Part shown: positions 35,878 through 44,518 of the stretch, in pieces
Layout of the letters: every line of letters begins with the position of its first letter
How positions within the stretch are numbered: position 1 is the stretch's first letter
IMG/VR virus record: IMGVR_UViG_3300049027_000085
Span: 6,165 to 70,164 of that record
Strand: one strand, 5' to 3'
From: a virus
Length of the DNA: 64,000 bases
Program-made: the position numbers and the translations under genes
The notes under the pieces: model-generated
Told to the model about the DNA's origin: nothing
The model's input: only the letters and a program-made list of their open reading frames with translations
Databases searched by the model: none

Positions 35878-36328
35878 CCGGGTCATGCTGATGGGCCACG
35901 GGACGCCGCAGGGGCTCCTGGGGCCCAGCCAGAGGATGATGATCGACCAGAGCCATGTCGGGCTGCTCAAGACCAAGAAGAACCTGGTCGGCATCTGGTG
36001 CAACGCGGACGGGTACTTCGAGAGGTACGGCCTCAACGGCCTGTACACGGGGATGATCATCTCCGAGCCGATGGAGGCACGGGTGTTCAACGTCACGGCT
36101 ACAGACAACCAGATCTGGGACTCCAACCACCAGTTCGCGAAGAGCGTCAAGCGCGGGCTGGAGCTGTTCGACCCAGAGTACGCGGCCGAACAGGTCAGGG
36201 AGTTTTACACGGAGAGACCGTTCGCGATGGCACGTACCAACCCCGTGATCCAGTACAACGTGCAGAACATCTACGACAGCCGGATCACGACCGCCGGGGT
36301 GGAGGAGGTGGTAGCATGTACCAGCTAG
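35744..36328 (+). CDS. Hypothetical protein, possible caspase/gingipain-fold peptidase
   Basis: MLMGHGTP and GIWCNA could form a His-Cys dyad. AGGAGG RBS. Confidence 0.5.
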   Translation: MRTLVIHPSDRTTDFLDKIYNGIDAVVIRGSVRDSFLREQIAIADRVMLMGHGTPQGLLGPSQRMMIDQSHVGLLKTKKNLVGIWCNADGYFERYGLNGLYTGMIISEPMEARVFNVTATDNQIWDSNHQFAKSVKRGLELFDPEYAAEQVREFYTERPFAMARTNPVIQYNVQNIYDSRITTAGVEEVVACTS

Positions 36329-36780
36329 GCATGCTCCTCGGCCGGTGGGAGGAGCCCAAGAAGGTGGCTGAACGCCTGATGAAGAAGCTCAAGAAGTACG
36401 ACCCGTTTGTCTTCCACGTGAGCCTTGACAAGAACAGCGTGTACATCCACTTCAATGCGCTGCCCAACGGCCTTGACCACAAGCTGCGGGTCAGCACGCA
36501 CGAGGAGAGGGAGCGCTACGGCTACAAGTGGCAGATGCGTCTCGACGGCCTGTCCGGGGTGGAGGAGCCCAAGAGGTGGAGCCGGTACTTCGACGACGAG
36601 GACGAGCTGCTGAAGTCATTCTGCCGCTACTACGACAACATAGAGCGGAGCGGCGAGGCTCAGAACAAGGTGGACTTTGATCGGATAAGGAGGCAGTACC
36701 ATGGACTCGAAGGACCTGATAGCGAGCTTGAAGAGGGGGGAAGGGCTGACACAACCGAGGTGGCGCCAACAGGACTATGA
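36316..36780 (+). CDS. Hypothetical protein
   Basis: GGAGG RBS. Contains SVYIH...KLRVSTH. ATGA-coupled to the next gene. Confidence 0.6.
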   Translation: MYQLGMLLGRWEEPKKVAERLMKKLKKYDPFVFHVSLDKNSVYIHFNALPNGLDHKLRVSTHEERERYGYKWQMRLDGLSGVEEPKRWSRYFDDEDELLKSFCRYYDNIERSGEAQNKVDFDRIRRQYHGLEGPDSELEEGGRADTTEVAPTGL

Positions 36781-37253
36781 ACAGACCGATAGTGTTCCTA
36801 CAGAACTCGTACAGCCCGGTGTACGCCGGGAGGGAGTGGCCGAGGGAGAGCTGGCTGAGGGCGCTGGCGGCCTGCCGATCGGGGAAGATGCTGACCCACC
36901 TGGGCCAGCCGTGGGGCGTGATGCACAACACGACCCCTCAGGTCGGCAGGACGGCGAGCAGCAAACTGCCGCCGGACTACGATCACATGTTGAGGGTTAT
37001 CCAGGAATGTTCTCCGGCTTCTATCGTGGCCTGCGGCCAACAGGCGATCGACGCCGTGAGGCTGATCTGGGACGGGCCGAGGGTCGAGCTGCCGCACCCA
37101 GCATGTCGCTGGGTAAAGTCCACCTTGTATCAGGAGGGGAAACGTCTCCTGGACCTGCAGGTGAGGGGAGGGATGAACTTCCGCGCGAGGGTGTGGGAGA
37201 AGAAGGGTGAGCCGTTCAAGGTGGAGATCCTGCGGCAGGAGGTAAAGGTATGA
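36777..37253 (+). CDS. Uracil-DNA glycosylase superfamily-like protein
   Basis: VFLQN, SGKML, NTTP, IVACGQQA, LPHPA follow the UDG-fold motif order. Confidence 0.5.
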   Translation: MNRPIVFLQNSYSPVYAGREWPRESWLRALAACRSGKMLTHLGQPWGVMHNTTPQVGRTASSKLPPDYDHMLRVIQECSPASIVACGQQAIDAVRLIWDGPRVELPHPACRWVKSTLYQEGKRLLDLQVRGGMNFRARVWEKKGEPFKVEILRQEVKV

Positions 37254-37960
37254 ACGACAAATCACGCACCAACGAGGCGGCGGCGAAATGCGTATGTGGA
37301 CCGGAAGGGGCGTGCAAGCTGCACAAGGCCGTCATTTGCTCGAAATGCGGGCAGGTGGATGATTCGGGGCTGACCCCGAGGACGAACAGTGCAGCGGGCT
37401 GCACTCACGATTGGCAAGCGTTCACCAACGAGGCGGCGGCGCCCGATGACGCGGCGGTGGGGGAGGCTGTGGAGGTGCTGAAGCCAATCGTGGAGGAATG
37501 GTCGGTAAGGGATGCACCGATAGCGATTTACGGCAACGAGATAAAGGCTCTAGCTACCGCTATCGCCGCCCTCACGCCCCGCGACGACCCAGCCGCCGCG
37601 ACGGACGGGACGCTTCTGCCGTGCCCGTTCTGTGGCGGGGAAGCATCGGCCGCTACCAGCGGCGGCGGCGTGTATTGGGTGTTTTGTTCGCGATGCAAAG
37701 CGCAGGTGGATTGGCACCACACATCGCAGGAGGTGGCAGATACGTGGAACCGCCGTGCCGACCTGCCCCCCGCCGTGGTGCGCCGCATCGAGGAGGCGTT
37801 CGCGGGGAGGGTGAAGGCGGCATTGGAACTGGAGATATATTCCGACGAGGCGATCAAGGATGCTAGACACGACGGCAACCATCACCCGCACAGTTGGAAT
37901 CAGGGTGCGAAGAAGGTGTTACGGGCGATGGATGCTGAACTAGGGAGGAAGGGGGAATGA
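37250..37960 (+). CDS. Lar-like (restriction alleviation) zinc-finger mosaic protein
   Basis: LLPCPFCGGEA...VFCSRC...WNRR. Confidence 0.65.
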   Translation: MNDKSRTNEAAAKCVCGPEGACKLHKAVICSKCGQVDDSGLTPRTNSAAGCTHDWQAFTNEAAAPDDAAVGEAVEVLKPIVEEWSVRDAPIAIYGNEIKALATAIAALTPRDDPAAATDGTLLPCPFCGGEASAATSGGGVYWVFCSRCKAQVDWHHTSQEVADTWNRRADLPPAVVRRIEEAFAGRVKAALELEIYSDEAIKDARHDGNHHPHSWNQGAKKVLRAMDAELGRKGE

Positions 37961-38075
37961 GTCGAATACTTTGTTGGATCGGTTGGCACTACTGGATGCC
38001 GAAGCCGTACACCGATACTTACAACCAAGCGTGCTGGCGATGTGGACTGATGCGCCGATATTTGGGGGATAAGAA

Positions 38076-38471
38076 ATGGCAATACATCGGGAAATGACCA
38101 AAACGACCAACGCCCCGAACGCGGGGGATGCGGCGGGGATGGTGGAAGCGGCGAGGGCTTTCAACGCATCTTGCGAATCGTGCGGCAGTATCGGACGGTG
38201 CGACCTGTGCATGGCATCGTTCGCCGCCTCTCACGCCGCCGCCCTACAGCGGGAGAACGCGAGGATGCGTGCCGCCCTTGAGCACTACGCGGACGACAAT
38301 AGCTGGCTTTGCGATACGTGCGACGACCCGAATTGGCGTTGCACGCCGGACACCCACCGAGTAGCGAATTGGCAAGGGCGTTCTCAGCACGGCCCCGACA
38401 TCGCCCGTGCCGCCCTCACCGGCGAGGAAAGAGAGGTGAGAGATGGCGACGTATTACGACAGACTCTGTGA
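38076..38471 (+). CDS. Cys-rich hypothetical protein
   Basis: CxxC pairs. ENARMRAALEHYAD...GPDIARAAL is a common phage early-gene module. Confidence 0.55.
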   Translation: MAIHREMTKTTNAPNAGDAAGMVEAARAFNASCESCGSIGRCDLCMASFAASHAAALQRENARMRAALEHYADDNSWLCDTCDDPNWRCTPDTHRVANWQGRSQHGPDIARAALTGEEREVRDGDVLRQTL

Positions 38472-38866
38472 AGAAGACCTGTGCGACGATCAACACTATG
38501 AACCAGAGGAAAGCACAGCACAACGGGTGGGCCGAGGAGCTGAAGATCTACCTGAGCAAGATCCTGATGTGCGAGATGTGCAGGATCCGCAAGGCGACCG
38601 ACCACGCCCACAGGCTGAAGAGACGGCTGATCGGCTGGAGGACGGACTTGGACCGGCTGGAGTACTTCATGGCGGCGAAGCTGTGCCGGCGCTGCCACAA
38701 GTCATTGGACGAGTACGTCGGCCCCCAGGACGCGCACGAGAGGATGTTCCTGATCATCACTCGGATAGCCGTGGCGCGTCCGAGGGGCTCCGTCCATGGT
38801 GAGTATGTCCCGACCCACCCGGTGACGCTCTGGGACCCCCAGTTGATCTACCGCTACAGCCGATAA
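38468..38866 (+). CDS. HNH-like zinc-binding protein
   Basis: CEMC....TDHAH...LCRRCH. GTG start overlaps the upstream TGA. Confidence 0.55.
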   Translation: MKKTCATINTMNQRKAQHNGWAEELKIYLSKILMCEMCRIRKATDHAHRLKRRLIGWRTDLDRLEYFMAAKLCRRCHKSLDEYVGPQDAHERMFLIITRIAVARPRGSVHGEYVPTHPVTLWDPQLIYRYSR

Positions 38867-38881
38867 AAAAAAGTAAAATAG

Positions 38882-38920
38882 GGTATTTACTTTCTGGCCA
38901 GAACTGTATAGAATGGTTCT
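38882..38920 (+). promoter_or_regulatory. Phage promoter (copy 7)
   Basis: GGTATTTACT-17-TAGAAT with upstream A-tract. Inverted repeat AGAACTGT/ATGGTTCT. Confidence 0.7.
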
Positions 38921-38954
38921 CGTTGAGCAAATCTGTTTGAAAGGAGAACGAGCC

Positions 38955-39311
38955 ATGATTACCGAAAAATACGCAGAAGAGAGGGGTTACACCTACCACG
39001 GCGCATACAGCTGGAACCAGGAAGAGATGAAGAAGCGGGCCGCTGAGCTCAGAAAAGAGGGCAACAAGGCGATGGTCGTGTACAGCCCTGCAAGCCCGCT
39101 CAGCCGCAGCAGTTCAGGCGGGGGCTACTCGGTCTACTGGATCGAGTCGGAGGAGAACCGCAGGGCGAGACACCTCAAGGAGGCGAACGGCCTCGCGTGG
39201 CGCGCGCAGAGCAAGATCAGCCGGCTGATCAACGAGTTGGCGGAGGCGAACAAAGAGCTGGAGGCGGCGCAAGCGAGGGTCAAGGAACTGACCGAGGGAG
39301 TGCAGTCATGA
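38955..39311 (+). CDS. Hypothetical protein
   Basis: TTGAAAGGAG RBS after the promoter. Confidence 0.65.
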   Translation: MITEKYAEERGYTYHGAYSWNQEEMKKRAAELRKEGNKAMVVYSPASPLSRSSSGGGYSVYWIESEENRRARHLKEANGLAWRAQSKISRLINELAEANKELEAAQARVKELTEGVQS

Positions 39312-39586
39312 GCACCAGATGGAAGGGGTACAGCCAGACAGACGGCACGGGCGTGCACACGGAGGGCCTCGCGATGAGGACCAACCCCAAGATGCGCACG
39401 TTCTGCTGCATGGTGTGCCGTGAGGAGCTGACGATCATGGACTACCCCGTGACACTGCACATGAACAAGCACAGGAAGCAGGGCCTAACGACCGACGCGG
39501 ACAAGCACGACCTGAAGAGCCAGCTCTTCCCGAACACGGCGAGGAAGATCCGAGAGTTTCTGAAGAGGGACAGCAACAGAAGATGA
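39308..39586 (+). CDS. Hypothetical zinc-finger protein
   Basis: CMVC...HMNKH. ATGA coupling. Confidence 0.55.
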   Translation: MSTRWKGYSQTDGTGVHTEGLAMRTNPKMRTFCCMVCREELTIMDYPVTLHMNKHRKQGLTTDADKHDLKSQLFPNTARKIREFLKRDSNRR

Positions 39587-39798
39587 AAACAGCAAGGATC
39601 AAGAGCCGGTCGAAGCTCCCCCATTTCACGAAGAAGGTCAACAAAGGGAGACTAGAGCAGTTGAGACAGAAGGCCGACCTGCAGAGACGACTCAGAGGGG
39701 GTAAAGGCGATGAACGATCAAACAAAGGAGCTGATAAAGCGAATAAAGGAACTGCCGAAGGGGAGGCTCCTGAACCTGGAGCACTTCCCCGTGCCTGA
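39583..39798 (+). CDS. Small basic hypothetical protein
   Basis: ATGA coupling. Confidence 0.45.
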   Translation: MKTARIKSRSKLPHFTKKVNKGRLEQLRQKADLQRRLRGGKGDERSNKGADKANKGTAEGEAPEPGALPRA

Positions 39799-39916
39799 CG
39801 ACTACAGAGGGGTCAAGACGGATCACCTCAAGGAGTTGATCGATGAAAAAGAGAGGACTGAGAGCGTTCAGGACAGAGGCGATGGGGATAGAAGGGTTCG
39901 TGGCTGCAGCGAGTAG
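39710..39916 (+). CDS. Small hypothetical protein
   Basis: GAGGGGG RBS. Confidence 0.45.
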   Translation: MNDQTKELIKRIKELPKGRLLNLEHFPVPDDYRGVKTDHLKELIDEKERTESVQDRGDGDRRVRGCSE

Positions 39917-40115
39917 GTCCGAGGCGATGTACTGGACACAAAAAGCTGCCAACGAGGTCGGTTACCCGGTCAAGTTCACTGAGGTGAAGGTCAACCGTGC
40001 GCCGGAGTTCGACGAATGGGCTACGGAGAGGGTGAGGTACCGTTGTTGGACTAGAGAAACATTGTTAAACAGTAGATCTCACGATTTACAGAACGAGATC
40101 AGCGCGCTACAGTGA
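39843..40115 (+). CDS. Hypothetical protein
   Basis: AAGGAG RBS. Confidence 0.55.
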   Translation: MKKRGLRAFRTEAMGIEGFVAAASRSEAMYWTQKAANEVGYPVKFTEVKVNRAPEFDEWATERVRYRCWTRETLLNSRSHDLQNEISALQ

Positions 40116-40119
40116 GACA

Positions 40120-40944
40120 ATGTCGAAGGCAACGGAGAGAAAGACAGGCCGGATGACCAAGACGAGCAAGGACTTCGTCGAGGCAGCGGCGACCATAGGG
40201 GTGAGCGGGACACAGGCCCTCAGGGTGGCCAGGATCAAGAACCCGGCACAGCAGAAGAAGAACAAACCGACGGTGATAGTGGATAACCCGACGGACGGAA
40301 GCCCCCAGGGAGGGAGCCCCAACCTTGACCACGTCCAGGCGTACAACAAGAGCAAGGCGCTGCGGAACTCGATAGAGGAGCGCAAGAAAATGGCCCTCGA
40401 GTTCTGTGACGTCACCCCTGAGATGGTCCTCGGAGCCACGGCGATGAGGGCCTTCGCCAGCATAGACGGCGCGTTCGACGAGGACGGCAGGTTCGACATA
40501 CGCCTCGCGAGGCAGACAGGGGCGATCCACCTGATCAAGAAGCTGGAGACCACCCAGTACGGCCTCAGGGCCGAATTTTACAGCAACGAGAGCGCGCAGC
40601 AGCAGCTCGCGAGCTACATGGGGATGGAGTTCGCCCCCAAGGACCAGAAGGACGACGTGGAGAGCCTGAAGGCGGGGATCGAGGCGATCGCGAGGGGGAT
40701 CGCGAGGGAGAGGAAGACAGAGATCACGCACGAGATCCGCGTCGAGGCGTGGGAACGCGTGGCCAAGTGGGTCAAGGAGACCAAGGCGCGGTACAGCGCC
40801 TCGGCGATCGAGGAGGCAGGGAAGCAGTATGGAGTCACTGGGGGCGGTGGCGTGGGCGATCATGGCGGGGGTTACCCTCGCCTGGCTGCTGATACGGTGG
40901 GTGGAGAGGCCGATATATCCGGGGGGAAGGATGCCGGCCAGTAA
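40120..40944 (+). CDS. terS: Probable terminase small subunit
   Basis: FDEDGRFD...IKKLETTQYG.RAEFY....AQQQLASYMG resembles TerS cores. Lies upstream of terL. Confidence 0.6.
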   Translation: MSKATERKTGRMTKTSKDFVEAAATIGVSGTQALRVARIKNPAQQKKNKPTVIVDNPTDGSPQGGSPNLDHVQAYNKSKALRNSIEERKKMALEFCDVTPEMVLGATAMRAFASIDGAFDEDGRFDIRLARQTGAIHLIKKLETTQYGLRAEFYSNESAQQQLASYMGMEFAPKDQKDDVESLKAGIEAIARGIARERKTEITHEIRVEAWERVAKWVKETKARYSASAIEEAGKQYGVTGGGGVGDHGGGYPRLAADTVGGEADISGGKDAGQ

Positions 40945-41332
40945 GAGGAGCAACCAGACACTGACGCACTTCACCGTGACCACGCCCGACCGGTCCGCGA
41001 GGGAGGTCAGCAGGCAGCTGCAAGAGGAGCTGGAGAGGACGAGGGAAGAGATCCTGGGCGGCACCGTGCGCGGGAGACCGCAGGTCATACCGTTCCCCGA
41101 CCGCCGGCCGACACCGAGCCCTGTGGGAGAATCGCCGCTGACCGCGGCAGGTGCGAGGTACGTCCAGGAGATGCAGCGGAACATGACCGACAACTTCCGC
41201 GAGATGATGAACGCACACTTCGTGTTCCAGGACCCGCCGTCGACGGCCGCGCGCAACAAGGAGCCAGAGGTGAAGGAGAACATGCTCGAGACGGTCAAGA
41301 GGGGCAAGAGGAGGGTCAGGGTAGGTGGCTAA
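40829..41332 (+). CDS. Hypothetical protein ending in RRVRVGG; alternative start at 40931 omits the TM helix
   Basis: Two in-frame starts, each with an RBS-like sequence. Confidence 0.55.
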   Translation: MESLGAVAWAIMAGVTLAWLLIRWVERPIYPGGRMPASKRSNQTLTHFTVTTPDRSAREVSRQLQEELERTREEILGGTVRGRPQVIPFPDRRPTPSPVGESPLTAAGARYVQEMQRNMTDNFREMMNAHFVFQDPPSTAARNKEPEVKENMLETVKRGKRRVRVGG

Positions 41333-41657
41333 GAAGAACTGGGGGGACGAGGTGAGGGACAGGATCGGCCAGATGCCCACGCGTCAGGCCGTCACACCGT
41401 TCCACGTGCAGCGCGAGGGCAGGAAGCCGAGGTACAGCGACCACGAGCTCGGGTCAGCGCCCCCCGTGACCGTGGATGCGCTGGGGCGGGCCGCTGACCG
41501 TGCCGCGGAGATCCAGAGGTCTTACCACATCTTCGGCGACGGCTACAGCGGCGTGGTCTATGAGGAGCGGACCGTGTACTCGGACCCCACCCCGGAGGTC
41601 AAGCTCGTGCCGTTGGAGACGGTCGCGCCGAGGCAGAGGCGGGTCAGGACGGCATAA
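41325..41657 (+). CDS. Hypothetical protein ending in RRVRTA
   Basis: GTG start overlaps the upstream gene end. Confidence 0.55.
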   Translation: MAKKNWGDEVRDRIGQMPTRQAVTPFHVQREGRKPRYSDHELGSAPPVTVDALGRAADRAAEIQRSYHIFGDGYSGVVYEERTVYSDPTPEVKLVPLETVAPRQRRVRTA

Positions 41658-41712
41658 GGAAGCATCACAGACAGGACAGAAGGCGCGTCTCGGCGCGTCC
41701 AGGGGAGAGACA

Positions 41713-42372
41713 ATGGCGTACAGACCGACACAAGAGGACCTCAACCAGGTCGCTGAACTGGCCACGATACTGGGCGGCTACGCCCGTGAGGAGGTGGGGT
41801 GGCGCGACTGCGCCGGCTTCCAGATCTTGTGGGACCAAGGTTTACAGCACTACAAGATCAAGCTGAGGGGCCGTGCCGATGCCTACCCCTGCACGAGGAT
41901 CCTGAGCCTCTCGACGCTCCGCAACATGATCACCGGGAGGGGCGACCCGTCGGCCGTGATCAGGGACATGTGGGACCAGGTACGGATGGAGCAGCGCGCG
42001 GTCGGCAACAGGGTGTCCGGCACGCCGGTCGTCGAGGACCCGAGTGTGCCTGAGGGACAGGTATACGGCGTGACCAGCCCCAGCCAGCAAGCGGCGCTGC
42101 GGAACCTCGGCTACACCGGCGGCGACCCGGTCGGGCTCGGCGGCTACAACTATCAACCGCTTCGACTCACTGCTGAGGAACGTGAGCGGATGGAGCAGCG
42201 CAGGCTCGAGAGGGAGGAGTCGGCCCGTGTCCGTGAGGCGCAGCGCCAGCGACAGGCCCAGGAGGAGCAGATGCGGCGTGAAGAGGAGGCGATCCAGCGC
42301 GAGGTGCGGAGGATCGAGAACGAGGTCAAGCAGGTTACAATCGGGGCGAGACGTGTTAGAGTGCGTGCCTAG
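41713..42372 (+). CDS. Hypothetical protein with coiled coil, ending in RRVRVRA
   Basis: GGGGAG RBS before ATG 41713. Confidence 0.6.
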   Translation: MAYRPTQEDLNQVAELATILGGYAREEVGWRDCAGFQILWDQGLQHYKIKLRGRADAYPCTRILSLSTLRNMITGRGDPSAVIRDMWDQVRMEQRAVGNRVSGTPVVEDPSVPEGQVYGVTSPSQQAALRNLGYTGGDPVGLGGYNYQPLRLTAEERERMEQRRLEREESARVREAQRQRQAQEEQMRREEEAIQREVRRIENEVKQVTIGARRVRVRA

Positions 42373-42386
42373 GAGGCAGATCGCAC

Positions 42387-42674
42387 ATGTCAATACCGCT
42401 ACCCAAGGAAGGGTTCGACTGGGGAGCCCTCGGCAAGAAGGTCGGCAAGGGCCTGACCGACGGCATGCAGGGATGGAACCAGGCCCAGCAGGGGGGCATC
42501 CAGCCGATGGGCCCTCAGGGCCCGCAACAGGGGATGATCTTCGGCAAGCCCCAGGCCGCGGCGCCCCAGATCATGCCCTACCAGCCCCAGGACTACATGA
42601 GGCGCGTCCAGATGAACCCGCTCATGAGCAAGCTAAGGCTGACCGCCCCCGACCTGACAGGCGGACTCTACTGA
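42387..42674 (+). CDS. Q/G/P/M-rich small protein
   Basis: AGGAGG RBS. Composition resembles internal virion proteins. Confidence 0.55.
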   Translation: MSIPLPKEGFDWGALGKKVGKGLTDGMQGWNQAQQGGIQPMGPQGPQQGMIFGKPQAAAPQIMPYQPQDYMRRVQMNPLMSKLRLTAPDLTGGLY

Positions 42675-42679
42675 TCTAG

Positions 42680-44497
42680 ATGTTCGACCTGGACTCCTAC
42701 GTCAACGAGGTGATGACCAGGGAGGCCCTGTCCTCGGGCGTGGGCTTCCACCGGTCCACCTTCAGCCCGCACATCCCGACCCCCAGGCAGCAGATGTTCC
42801 TCGACCTCCGCGACGAGATCGAGGCGTTCTACGGCGGAGCGGCCGGCGGCGGCAAGTCCGACGCGCTGCTCATGGCAGCGCTCGAGTACGTCCACATCGA
42901 GGGCTACGCCGCGATCCTCTTCAGAAAGACGCACACCGACCTCGCGAAGCCGGGCGCCCTGATGGACAGGTCGCACTCGTGGCTGACGGGGCACGCCCAC
43001 TGGGACGGGCAGAAGAAGACCTGGACCTTCCCCGGAGGGGGGAGGATCGTGTTCGGCTACCTCGACACGGAGAACACCAAGTACCGCTACCAGTCGGACG
43101 AGTACCAGTTCATAGGGTTCGACGAGCTCACCCACTTCACCGAGAGTCAGTACACATACATGTTCAGCCGCCTCAGGAAGCCCGAGTCAGGGCCGCTCAG
43201 TGAGGTGCCGCTCCGCATGAGGGCGGGGTCGAACCCGCCGCAGGACGCGGGCGGCCTCTGGGTGAAGAGGCGGTTCGTGCCCAAGTGGTTCAAGCCTGAG
43301 GACGCTGAGCAGCCCCGTGTGATCGAGCAGCAGTACCTCGACGAGGAGACGGGGGAGACGAAGAAGACCTACTTCGTGCCGGCCAGGCTCGACGACAACC
43401 CGCACGTCGACAGGGCCGCCTACCGCAAGTCGCTGGGCTTCCTCGACGCGGTGACACGCGCCCAGCTGCTCAGGGGCGACTGGCACATCCAGCTCCAGGG
43501 CGACATCCTGTTCGACTGGAAGGAGAGCCACGTGATCGTGCCTTGGAGCAGGTTCATGAGGGTCCTGCGGCTCCAGCAGAAGAAGATCCCGATGAACTGG
43601 CAGCTGGGCATCTTCCAGGACTGGGGCGCAACGCACGAGCACCCCTGCATAACTGGCTGGTTCGCCACCGCCGCTGAGAACACCCCGCCTGTACGGTTCA
43701 GGGACCCGACCGGCAGGCTGGTCTACGAGGTGCCCATCGCTGGGACGGTGTTCTGGTACCGGACCCACATACGGACGGTCAAGGTGAAGGCCAGCTCGGT
43801 CAAGAAAGAGATCGTGGGCTACATGGTCCCCGACAACGAGGTGGCGCGCTGCAACACGTGGGAGATGAGCCACGAGGCCAACTCCGAGCGGAACGAGTAC
43901 AACGACACGGACGACGAGACCGGCATCAGCCTGCCGTTCACCAACTGGGACGTGGGTAAAAGACGCGGCATCGAGCAGCTTAAGTCGGCGATCGCCCCGA
44001 GGCACGTCCACGAGCCGCACCCGTTCAACCCGGGGGTGTGGGGCAGGCCCAAGCTGATCATACTCGTCGACGACGACCAGGAGCAGATGGCGGACGAGGT
44101 GCTGGACGGGTGGGACCGCGGCCAGTCGAGGGTGAGGGCGGAGGCGCCGGCCTACAAGTGGAACACGCCGAAGTCCGGCGACGTGCCCACCAAGCTCGAG
44201 CCGTTCCCCTTGTTCAACGACGCGATGGACGTCGCCCGCGGCGCGGCTGCGAGCCTGTGGCCCGAGCCGGAGGAGCTGACCGCCCAGGAGGTGCTCGACC
44301 GAAACGTCCAAGAGCGCATGTTAGCGGAGGGTTTACAACGCACAGAAGAACATGGTACTGTGCCAGAGGGGCGGCAGATCGCACACGCGATCGTTCGTGC
44401 GCAGGAGGTGCGCAAGCTTCAGTCCCAGTACGACATCGACGAGTTCGGGTTCGACAAGGAGCCGGACGAGGTCTCAGACATAGGCGAAGGTTGGTAG
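42680..44497 (+). CDS. terL: Terminase large subunit
   Basis: YGGAAGGGKS, IGFDELTHF, MRAGSNP, FQDWG, NDAMD. Confidence 0.93.
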   Translation: MFDLDSYVNEVMTREALSSGVGFHRSTFSPHIPTPRQQMFLDLRDEIEAFYGGAAGGGKSDALLMAALEYVHIEGYAAILFRKTHTDLAKPGALMDRSHSWLTGHAHWDGQKKTWTFPGGGRIVFGYLDTENTKYRYQSDEYQFIGFDELTHFTESQYTYMFSRLRKPESGPLSEVPLRMRAGSNPPQDAGGLWVKRRFVPKWFKPEDAEQPRVIEQQYLDEETGETKKTYFVPARLDDNPHVDRAAYRKSLGFLDAVTRAQLLRGDWHIQLQGDILFDWKESHVIVPWSRFMRVLRLQQKKIPMNWQLGIFQDWGATHEHPCITGWFATAAENTPPVRFRDPTGRLVYEVPIAGTVFWYRTHIRTVKVKASSVKKEIVGYMVPDNEVARCNTWEMSHEANSERNEYNDTDDETGISLPFTNWDVGKRRGIEQLKSAIAPRHVHEPHPFNPGVWGRPKLIILVDDDQEQMADEVLDGWDRGQSRVRAEAPAYKWNTPKSGDVPTKLEPFPLFNDAMDVARGAAASLWPEPEELTAQEVLDRNVQERMLAEGLQRTEEHGTVPEGRQIAHAIVRAQEVRKLQSQYDIDEFGFDKEPDEVSDIGEGW

Positions 44498-44518
44498 TTC
44501 TGCATTCTCTGACAGACC

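Noticed and set aside
36701-37210. ORF with a good TAAGGAGG RBS (MDSKDL...)
   Set aside because: Fully overlaps two better-supported, ATGA-coupled genes, and its product is low-information.
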